Assembly: GCA_963674965.2 (NCBI GenBank)
Contig: CAXXFL010000001.1
Span: 1,280,001-1,344,000 of the forward strand
Reading direction: 5' to 3'
Length of the DNA stretch: 64,000 bases
From: a bacterium
GTDB taxonomy: Bacteria; RBG-13-61-14; DATKZS01
The notes below the pieces were generated by a model. The model saw only the letters and a list, made by a program, of their open reading frames with translations, ran no database searches and was not told the DNA's origin. A program made the position numbers and the translations under genes. The number at the start of each line of letters is the position of its first letter. Position 1 is the first letter of the stretch. Below, one piece after another: positions 56,350-64,000 of the stretch.

Positions 56350-57777
56350 ATGGAGGCCCTGATGGGAGTAATAACGATAAACGGACATGAAAGAACGGGC
56401 GAGAAATGGGAGCGAATGGAGTCCGGCATATCCGCTTCACCCGCACGGGTGGAACTGGACGGCCGGGAAAAGCCACTTTATCGCGAGGGCCTCGGGGCCG
56501 CCTTTATCAAATGCCTTGGCCGGCTGATGGAAAATCCCGTTTATAAAAACGCGATGGATAATTACGTTGCCGCGATGGGCCCCTGCGAGAGCTGCCCCGT
56601 TAACTGCCCCATAAAAGACGCGGCCGACGGCCATGGCGGACGGCCCTGCGACCGGGCCTCCGCGCTCGTCCGGACCTACCGCCGTTATTTCGGGGAAGAC
56701 CGCGATCTTTCCGGCGGGGAACTCGAGGACCTAGACGTTCTAGACATGGAGAAGAATTTCTGGGAATGCCTGAATTGCGGGGCCTGCCTGGAGGGCTGCT
56801 CGCGAGGCGCCGACTCGGGCATGATCATAAGGCTTGGCAGGATGGCCCTGATGGATATCGGGCTTGGCCCTCGCGAAATACTCGAGATGGCCGGCGAGCA
56901 GCTCGAGGGGGAACGGGGAAACACGGCGGCCGTTCCGGCCGAGGCGGTCAAACGGACGCTCGATCTACTCGAGGAGGAGATGGCCGACGAGCTGGGCCTC
57001 GAGGTGGAGGCGCCCATGGACAAGAAAAACTCGCGCTTCCTTTTCGTTCCCTCCATTGGCGAGATCATGGCCGAAACCGACGCCCTCATGGGCTTCGCCG
57101 CCGTGATGCGGGCAGCGGGGCTTGGAGGCGACTGGACCATGGGGTCGGGGCATATGGACGCCTCCAATCCGGGACTTTACTACAGCGACGAGGCGTGGGA
57201 AAAAACGGTCGCCCGGCTCCTTCTCGAGGTAAACCTTCTGGGAGCCAAGGCCGTAGTCATTGGAGAGAGCGGGCACGGGGCCAGGGCCGCCAAGGTCGGC
57301 GTCCCTCTTTACGGAAGAGGAGTGGGCGTACCCGTGCTGAGCGCCGTGGAACTTACCTATAAACTGCTGGAAGCGGGAAGGCTGCATCTAAAACCCGGCG
57401 CCATCGAGGGAAAAGTCACCTATCACGACCCCTGCAACGTCGCCAGGAGCGGCTGGATTACCGAGCAGCCAAGGCGGGTACTGGCCGGGATTTGCGATAA
57501 CTTAGTCGAGATGACGCCCCATTCGGAGAAGAACTACTGCTGCGGAGGAGGAGGCGGACCGGCTAACGAATCGAATTACAAGTTCAGAATGGAGGTGGCC
57601 GGATTAAAAAAGGCGGAGCAACTCGCCGGCACGCGGGCCGATTACGTGGTCACCATTTGCGACGACTGTAAAAGGCAACTGCGGGACCTCATCCATTATC
57701 ACGGCCTGAACATGGAAGTCGTGGGACTGCATGACCTGGTTTTGCGCTCGATCGACTGGAAGACGGTTTCATCCTGA
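56350..57777 (+). CDS. Fe-S oxidoreductase with CCG domain (DsrK/HmcF/HdrD-like)
   Basis: CLNCGACLEGC, YHDPCN.AR.G, NYCCGGGGG, VTICDDC. Confidence 0.85.
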   Translation: MEALMGVITINGHERTGEKWERMESGISASPARVELDGREKPLYREGLGAAFIKCLGRLMENPVYKNAMDNYVAAMGPCESCPVNCPIKDAADGHGGRPCDRASALVRTYRRYFGEDRDLSGGELEDLDVLDMEKNFWECLNCGACLEGCSRGADSGMIIRLGRMALMDIGLGPREILEMAGEQLEGERGNTAAVPAEAVKRTLDLLEEEMADELGLEVEAPMDKKNSRFLFVPSIGEIMAETDALMGFAAVMRAAGLGGDWTMGSGHMDASNPGLYYSDEAWEKTVARLLLEVNLLGAKAVVIGESGHGARAAKVGVPLYGRGVGVPVLSAVELTYKLLEAGRLHLKPGAIEGKVTYHDPCNVARSGWITEQPRRVLAGICDNLVEMTPHSEKNYCCGGGGGPANESNYKFRMEVAGLKKAEQLAGTRADYVVTICDDCKRQLRDLIHYHGLNMEVVGLHDLVLRSIDWKTVSS

Positions 57778-57813
57778 GCCTTGGCAAATTTTTGAAACCC
57801 AAGTGTATCGATC

Positions 57814-58623
57814 TTACTCGTCATGGGTGACGCATACTTTCCTGAACATCTCGATCAGGCCGGTGGCGAGGAAATAAGCGGCGTCGGGTCTTAAGTTGGC
57901 CTCGATCGTTTTATCGAACAATATGGAGACTCGGCTCTCGAAGGCCCCCTCTTTTTTCCAGTGGGCGAAAAGCATGGGGACCTTGGGGAGGGGAAGAAGA
58001 ACGCGGGCGAAATCGGCCGATGTGATGTCCTCCCTCGGCTCCTTGCCGAAAATGTCCAGCACGTTGTAGATCGTCTCCGTATGCTCGTCGGCCAGGCGGT
58101 GGAAGGCCGCCTCGGCTCGGTAGGCGAAGAACCTCTCCCAGTCCCGAGCGTACTTCAGGTCGCGGAAGGCGGCCCATTCCCCGGCCGGGTCCAGGCCCTT
58201 GCCATAGACCACGTAGGCTAAAAGGGGCGCGTAAACCCATCCGTTGACGTGACACTGGACGTGAAGTCCGCCGGCGCGGTCGATCTGGAAGGCCCGTCCC
58301 AACATGCGGATGGCGAGCCGGCCGTCCTGTACCTCTCCCCCCAGCCGGGCGGCCGCGTCCTCGAAGTCCATATCCCTGATAAAGCCCCGCAGTTCCTCGA
58401 TCAGGTCCTCCCGCCTGTCCTCGGGAGCCGGCTCTTCCTCGACGACGGCTGAATCGAGAAGTGTGAGAATCTCGGGTTTCAAATAAGGACAATCGGCCGG
58501 GTCTTTTTGCTCCTGGATAACCAAGGCGGAAAAGGCCATGCAGTTGGGAAGGCCGCACTCGCCGCAGTTGTCGCGTTTGGTGTTCTTGAATACTTCCATA
58601 GCCGTGACGCCCGACTTGGCCAT
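57814..58623 (-). CDS. Fe-S domain (AcsC/RnfB N-terminal type) + DUF3786 protein
   Basis: NCGECGLPNCMAF...CPY; LPLPKVPML..W..EGAFESRVSILFD. Confidence 0.85.
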   Translation of the reverse strand: MAKSGVTAMEVFKNTKRDNCGECGLPNCMAFSALVIQEQKDPADCPYLKPEILTLLDSAVVEEEPAPEDRREDLIEELRGFIRDMDFEDAAARLGGEVQDGRLAIRMLGRAFQIDRAGGLHVQCHVNGWVYAPLLAYVVYGKGLDPAGEWAAFRDLKYARDWERFFAYRAEAAFHRLADEHTETIYNVLDIFGKEPREDITSADFARVLLPLPKVPMLFAHWKKEGAFESRVSILFDKTIEANLRPDAAYFLATGLIEMFRKVCVTHDE

Positions 58624-59092
58624 AACAAACCTCCGTCCAAGGCCCGAGGTATAAGGGCCTCGCTTCCTTTAAGTATGCCTCAATTTTCCGAACATATCAT
58701 TTCCGTGCATCTTTCAAGAGGCCCAATTGCCAGTAGTAGGCCTCCTTTTTCCAGCCGGCGAGAGCGAGGGCCTATTGCGCGTGTAAGGCTTACTGGCTCT
58801 CGTTTAACGCTGTAAAACTTCAATGAGTGGTCGTTCAATCTATTCAAATCATTTCTAAATTCGCAGGCAATGCAGTTATAGTTGTAGTGCCAGATAAGCT
58901 GCTTTGAATATGTTTCTATTGTCCCGCTGGACAGCTCGACCTCTAATTCCAATGAAAATATTTGGTTCTACGTAATTTAGTGTGGGTGATAACCAAAGAT
59001 GCGTTTATCGCTTTTAAGGCTTCCAGCGGGGAATAGGGAAAAGTCCGGAACTGGCCCGGCCCCTGGTAAGAATAATCGTCCGATCGCAAGCC

Positions 59093-59587
59093 ATGACCAT
59101 CGTTACCAGAACAAGAACGATCCCCGTCGGTATTATTCCCGTCTTCCCCTTCGATGTATTCATTTGGGACTCCCTGGAGTTTCTCCATGTTCTCATCGTG
59201 GCCCTGGACCGCATGGACTCCCTGCCGGCCGCGCTTTGGATCGTACTGGCTTCCCTCGAGGTGGCGGGGGCCACCGTGCTCTGGCCTTCCCACCATTTCG
59301 CCGCCTACATGATTACTGCCTTTCCCCTCGGTCTCGAGGCCCTGATCATCGCCTCGAGTCGGTGGTCGGAAAAGTCCCCCAGCCCCTTTGGCGGCCCCTT
59401 CCTCCTCTTCAGTCTCGGCCACGCGAGCGCGGCCCTCATACCACCCTTGATCACCGCGCCCATAACCATTATGCTCGCGGTCCACGTGCTAATTCAGTTC
59501 GGCCTCCTCTGGTGCATGAGTTACGCGTCCCTTATCGAGACCTACCGGGTCGAGCTGCGGCTCGAGAACGAAAATGATTTTTCGTAG
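59093..59587 (+). CDS. Hypothetical membrane protein, possibly a truncated fragment
   Basis: Four or five hydrophobic segments, GC-rich third positions, no clear RBS. Confidence 0.45.
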   Translation: MTIVTRTRTIPVGIIPVFPFDVFIWDSLEFLHVLIVALDRMDSLPAALWIVLASLEVAGATVLWPSHHFAAYMITAFPLGLEALIIASSRWSEKSPSPFGGPFLLFSLGHASAALIPPLITAPITIMLAVHVLIQFGLLWCMSYASLIETYRVELRLENENDFS

Positions 59588-59684
59588 GGCCATGGGAAGC
59601 TTATCACTACTCACTCGCCTCGCGTCGCGAGAGCCACACGAGATTATCAAAACCGATGGCCCATCCGGCGATATTTTTCGCCGC

Positions 59685-60038
59685 TTAATATTCGTGGGTC
59701 CCGACCTTGACGGGCAGGCCGGTGGACTCCTCGATATGCTTTATCATCAGGTCCAGGTTCATGGGGCAGTTCATGAGGGTCTTGGCCTTTCTCACGCAGG
59801 TGGAGAAAAATATCTCGTCGACCTTTTCTCCCAGGCTTTCGAGGACCGTCATCTGGAGGGCTATCTTGGGGATGACCAGGCCGGGGCAGTCCCCGCAGCC
59901 GGTCTTGAAGACGATCCGGTATTCGTCGTCGGCGAAAGCGTGAGTTCTATTGTTGACCGCCTTGAAACATTTGGCGCACCCGACGCAGCTCCTGTCCTGA
60001 ATGCGCTCGCAAAAGATCAACCCGATATTCTTGGCCAT
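59685..60038 (-). CDS. CGGC domain protein
   Basis: IGLIFC, CVGCAKC, CGDCPG, STC and CP motifs; GGAGG RBS. Confidence 0.85.
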   Translation of the reverse strand: MAKNIGLIFCERIQDRSCVGCAKCFKAVNNRTHAFADDEYRIVFKTGCGDCPGLVIPKIALQMTVLESLGEKVDEIFFSTCVRKAKTLMNCPMNLDLMIKHIEESTGLPVKVGTHEY

Positions 60039-60140
60039 AACTAAAGCCTCCCTGCAAACTTCCCGTAACTGCCATCAACATGCCCGCGCGGCAAAAGTCT
60101 TTCAGCGGTTTCGACCGCGAAGCGGACCGGCGAAAAAGCT

Positions 60141-61268
60141 TCACCTTTTTTTGAGCATGCACTCCTCGCTGAGGAAACCCTTGTTTTTATACTCGACGAA
60201 CATTCTTCCCCACTGGTTTTCTTTTTTCCAGTTCCGGTAAATCTGTCTTTCCTTGAGGGGCCAATGGATAAAGTCGTGGTTGACCTCGGAGACCATGATG
60301 GGGAACTTCACCAGGCTGGTCTTGAAGATCAGGTCCTGGAATGCCTTGGTGGGACCGTACCATGAGAGCCATCCCAGGAACTTGTGGAAGGACTGGCCCA
60401 CCTCGAAGCCCCAGTTCTGTCCCTCGATGCTATCCCCCACGATCTCGATTTCTTTCACGTCCCCAATGCCCAGCTTGTCCTCATGGGCTATGCGGATGAA
60501 GTCGAGCTTCAGAGGGTCGAAGCCCATCATCTTGGCCGCCACCGCGTCGATGGCCACCTGGTCGGAACTGGCGATGATGACGTTCTTCTCGACCGGGGTC
60601 ATGGTGCGGGGTCCGGGCCCGTTTCCGGCCATGGTCCCGTCCATCACGGCGAAGACGCCGGGATGGATTTCCTTCTGGATGGCCAGAAGGTCGACCAGCA
60701 CCTCGTGAATCCAGGAGTGGGTGTAATGGCGGTGATTGTAAAGAAGGCCGCCAAAGGCGTTCTTCATGGCCCCGGTGGTGGTGGTGTAGATGTGGCACTT
60801 CATGGTGGGAAGGTGGACCACGTTCTTGCCCATGAAATAATCGGGGATGCGGATGCCCTCCGGGTAGATATGATCGAGAGCGTGCATGGTGGCCTCGGGC
60901 TTGTACTCGACCCACGTCATGTCGCTTTCCTTGTAGTTGTACTTGACGGGTACCTCGTATTCCTTGAAGAGAGGAACGTAGCAGTTTAAGTCCTCCCCCT
61001 TGTGCGTGTCGATCACCACCGTCTCGTTCTGCACGCACACCTGGTCATCGAAGCCCAGGGCCTTGAGGCCCAGGATGGTCCCTTCCAACTGCCATGGAGT
61101 GGTGTTGGCCGAAGGCATCGGATAATGCCAGGAAATGTTGTCCTTGATGATGGTGGGGACCGTCGGGTCAAGGGCCTCCTTGGCCCCGGCCATCTCGATG
61201 AGCCGAGCGTAGTCGGCAAGCACCGTCTCGGGCCTCGTAAAAAGCACGGCAACCTTAGCTTTCGCCAT
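60141..61268 (-). CDS. DUF362 domain protein (putative Fe-S protein)
   Basis: IKDN, LPTMKCH...TGAMKN.FG, DG.MAG.G.GP, DQVAIDA. Confidence 0.88.
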   Translation of the reverse strand: MAKAKVAVLFTRPETVLADYARLIEMAGAKEALDPTVPTIIKDNISWHYPMPSANTTPWQLEGTILGLKALGFDDQVCVQNETVVIDTHKGEDLNCYVPLFKEYEVPVKYNYKESDMTWVEYKPEATMHALDHIYPEGIRIPDYFMGKNVVHLPTMKCHIYTTTTGAMKNAFGGLLYNHRHYTHSWIHEVLVDLLAIQKEIHPGVFAVMDGTMAGNGPGPRTMTPVEKNVIIASSDQVAIDAVAAKMMGFDPLKLDFIRIAHEDKLGIGDVKEIEIVGDSIEGQNWGFEVGQSFHKFLGWLSWYGPTKAFQDLIFKTSLVKFPIMVSEVNHDFIHWPLKERQIYRNWKKENQWGRMFVEYKNKGFLSEECMLKKR

Positions 61269-61384
61269 CAATGTTTCTCCTTGTGCCAAAGTAAAGAGAG
61301 CGAGGGATCGGTCTCTTCCCTATATATCGTATCCCCAAAAATGAAATTGTTCCAAAAGTCGCGGAGTCGCGAGGACTTTATTTG

Positions 61385-62386
61385 TCAGGGCGGATCGGGA
61401 ATACCCTTTTCATTGAAATATTTTAGCGTCCTGGCCAGGCCTTCCTCATCGGAGACGCGCGGCTGGTAGCCTAGGTCCTTTTGGGCCCTGGCGATGGAGT
61501 AGGAATGGCTTTTGGCCAACTCGGCGGCCGTGTACCTGGTCAGGGTCGGCTCGCCTTTGAGGTTGAAGGTCCGCCAGGCCGCCTCCATGGCCGCGCCCGC
61601 GGCAAAGGCGACGGGATAGGGTATTTGTCTTCGCGGACCGGGCAGGCCCAGGCCCTCGAGGGTCCTGCGTAAAAATCCCCATAGTTTGACGGGCTTCTCG
61701 CCGGCGATGAAATAGACGTTGCCCGGGGCGGCCGGGGCGTCGGCGGCCAGGACGAGGGCGTCGGCGCCGTTCTCGACGTAAATGGTCGAGACCTCATTTT
61801 CTCCGTCTCCTATTTGTACGATCTTGCCGGCTTTGGCGCGCTGGGCGATGCGGGGCACGAGGTTCCTGTCCCTCGGTCCCCATATCACGTGGGGCCGGAG
61901 CGCCGCGGTTTCGAGGCCCTGGCCGTTGGCCTCGAGCACCCTTTGCTCGCTCACGGCCTTGGTCTCGCAGTAATGGCTGAGGAATTTTTTCGGATAGGGA
62001 AGCGTCTCGTCGGCCATGTAGTGATCGGTCCCGTCGAAGACGGCGGAGGGCGAACTGACGTGGACCATCCTCCTAACGCCTTTTTCCCGGCAGGCGCGGA
62101 TGATATTGTCGGTGGCCTCGACGTTGATGGACCAGAAGGCTTTTCTCGTGCCCCAGGGAGACGCCAGGGCCGCCACGTGGAAGACCACCTCGATCCCGTC
62201 ACAGGCCCTGGACACGGTTTCCGTGTCGCGCAGGTCTCCGGCTATGGTCTCGCACCCGAGCCCGGCCGCTCGATCGAGAGCGGCCTCGGTCAGGTCGATG
62301 GTCCTCACCTCGTGTCCCTTCTCGAGGAGGCGGTCGATGAGATGGCCCGCCAGGAACCCGCCGCCGCCCGTTACCAATGTTTTCAT
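61385..62386 (-). CDS. NAD-dependent epimerase/dehydratase (3beta-HSD / OleD-like extended SDR)
   Basis: VTGGGGFLA, VFHVAA, VSSPS, YCETK, LRPHVIWGPRD. Confidence 0.9.
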   Translation of the reverse strand: MKTLVTGGGGFLAGHLIDRLLEKGHEVRTIDLTEAALDRAAGLGCETIAGDLRDTETVSRACDGIEVVFHVAALASPWGTRKAFWSINVEATDNIIRACREKGVRRMVHVSSPSAVFDGTDHYMADETLPYPKKFLSHYCETKAVSEQRVLEANGQGLETAALRPHVIWGPRDRNLVPRIAQRAKAGKIVQIGDGENEVSTIYVENGADALVLAADAPAAPGNVYFIAGEKPVKLWGFLRRTLEGLGLPGPRRQIPYPVAFAAGAAMEAAWRTFNLKGEPTLTRYTAAELAKSHSYSIARAQKDLGYQPRVSDEEGLARTLKYFNEKGIPDPP

Positions 62387-62417
62387 GCCAGTCCTCGCGG
62401 GCCTCCGGCTGGTAGTA

Positions 62418-63662
62418 TTAAATCTTGGCGCCGGCGGTTGAAAGGATTTTCCATTGTCCTCCCCTTTTCACGAGGGAGGTCTTCATGCTCCACGTCTCGA
62501 TGACTTGGTCCATCTCGCTTAGCAGGTCCACGTGATAGGTCACCACCGCCTCGGTCCCGGTCGAGCTTTCCGTGGCGAAACCTCTTACGTTGAAGCCGTA
62601 CACGTTGCAAAAGGTCTTGCTCACGTTATAGAACCAGGCCTTGTCCCTGCTGGTGACCCGCATGTCGTAGGCGGCGTCAAAGTCGTTTTCCGCCAGGAAG
62701 CAGTAATACGCGTACACGGCGCCTCGAATCCCGGTGTTGTACTCGGCGCAGGAAGAGGCCCTGCCTGTGGCCCGGCAAGGAGGGGTCGCCGTCGTCTCGG
62801 GCTTCTTCTCTTCCGCCGGCTTGATCGGCTCGGCCGGCTTCTCGGTTTTTCCCGCGGCCGAGAAGGTCACGGTGGTCCTGCCGTCGGCGGGCTGAGGAGG
62901 TCCCGCCGTGTCCCCGGTGGCGGCGCTCGCCTTGGCCATCCGCATCATCTCGAGTTTTTCCTTGATGGCCGGCGGGATGGGAGGTCCCATCTTTCCGGGC
63001 GGGGGTATGGGTGACCAGCCCTCGGGCAGGACTATTTCGGGCTCGGGCGCCGGCTTCTCGGCCGAGGCGCCGGGGGCAATATCGGTAGCCGGCTCATTTT
63101 CTACTTTGCCATCCGGCTCGGGTTTCTTCTCGCCCTCGGGCGTAAACGTTCGTTCGTGCTTTTCGGCCGCCGGCGGCTCTTTAGCCGGCTCGGCAGGAAA
63201 CGGCGGAGCGGTTACCGGAGGCTCGGCGGGCGTGGAGATTTTTTCCACGGGCGTGGGCTCGGGCGCCTTGGGTTCGACGCCGGCCGGGCCGAAGGTCAGC
63301 TTGGCTTTTTCCCGGATGGGGTCGTACCCGATGGCGTTTTGGTTCTGGACCACCAGGCCGGGCTTGAGGAAATCCGCCACCAGCTCGAGGCTGGTCCCGG
63401 CTTTAATAAGCACCCGCTTCTCGATGGCCGTTCCCTCCCGGGTCACGCGGATGGTATGGACCCCGGGGGCAAGGTTCTTGATATCCGCGGGAGTCTCATT
63501 AATTTTATTTCCGTCGATATAAACGTTGGCCGCGGGAGTGGAAGGGTTCGAGGATATCTTGACCGATCCCGCGCTCTGGGCCAGGGCGGAGGCCGCAATA
63601 AAAACCAGCGCCGGCGCTACGATAAGGGCGCGGCGAAGAAAATAAGTTAGCCCGTCCATCAT
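62418..63662 (-). CDS. Exported PEGA-domain protein with Pro/Glu-rich linker and C-terminal NTF2-like domain
   Basis: Signal peptide; SNP..ANVYIDG...TP....LAPGVHTIRV; C-terminal FDAAY...LVKRGGQWKI. Confidence 0.7.
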   Translation of the reverse strand: MMDGLTYFLRRALIVAPALVFIAASALAQSAGSVKISSNPSTPAANVYIDGNKINETPADIKNLAPGVHTIRVTREGTAIEKRVLIKAGTSLELVADFLKPGLVVQNQNAIGYDPIREKAKLTFGPAGVEPKAPEPTPVEKISTPAEPPVTAPPFPAEPAKEPPAAEKHERTFTPEGEKKPEPDGKVENEPATDIAPGASAEKPAPEPEIVLPEGWSPIPPPGKMGPPIPPAIKEKLEMMRMAKASAATGDTAGPPQPADGRTTVTFSAAGKTEKPAEPIKPAEEKKPETTATPPCRATGRASSCAEYNTGIRGAVYAYYCFLAENDFDAAYDMRVTSRDKAWFYNVSKTFCNVYGFNVRGFATESSTGTEAVVTYHVDLLSEMDQVIETWSMKTSLVKRGGQWKILSTAGAKI

Positions 63663-63776
63663 AATCCTCCAAAGATTCCACGGAAACGACTAAGCCCGTA
63701 TATCAAGCCTCGCCTTCCAATAGCGCCTTCGCGCCACTCGGATTAGACCCCCGACGCGTTCCGGCGGTTCCATCCC

Positions 63777-64000
63777 TTATTTTCCCGGCCCCCCGTCCTC
63801 TTTTTGCTTCTTGCTGGAAAGGAACCGGGTCAAGGCCAGCTTGTCCTCATCGCTTACCTTGATGAATTGAAGCGCCATGCCCGCCGGTTCCCCGCTCTTG
63901 GGGTTGGGACGATGGAGCACGCGGACGACCTTGGACAGGGCCTTGAAGGTTTTTTCCTCGCCGCCCAGCTTGTACTCGAAATGGACCAGCGAGCCCACGT
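63777..64000 (-). CDS. PilZ-domain protein (5' part outside the window)
   Basis: VGSLVHFEY.L...KVVRV...GMALQF matches a PilZ C-terminal half; frame is open to the window edge. Confidence 0.7.
   Translation of the reverse strand, partial: VGSLVHFEYKLGGEEKTFKALSKVVRVLHRPNPKSGEPAGMALQFIKVSDEDKLALTRFLSSKKQKEDGGPGK

Overview
A GC-rich bacterial chromosomal window whose gene content suggests an anaerobic deltaproteobacterium/Desulfobacterota-like organism (inference). Housekeeping and metabolic genes include a 2-oxoacid:ferredoxin oxidoreductase operon with XRE-cupin regulator, apgM, glycerate kinase, tupABC, a GH27 alpha-galactosidase, glnS, a TonB/ABC metal-uptake operon, ftsH, tRNA-Pro(UGG), an acyl-CoA dehydrogenase and a cluster of Fe-S/DUF proteins. 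The most striking feature spans 19.7-35.2 kb. A giant GAF/PAS histidine kinase and a sigma54 activator are followed by two palindromic enhancer-like sites and a -24/-12 promoter. These precede 13 co-directional genes: a receiver-DHp protein, receiver-DUF4388, MglB, MglA, further roadblock and DUF4388 proteins, a DnaA-type AAA+ ATPase lacking its DNA-binding domain, a V4R-like protein, ankyrin and leucine-rich-repeat proteins and a GNAT. This looks like an uncharacterised small-GTPase signalling system. Other oddities: a cNMP phosphodiesterase-CRP fusion, an Hsp70 with a ~400-aa acidic insert, two probable pseudo-enzymes, divergent sigma54 promoters, a NikR-like operator and a candidate structured RNA leader. 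No CRISPR array, rRNA, integrase or transposase was seen. All family assignments come from motif recognition by eye, not database searches.
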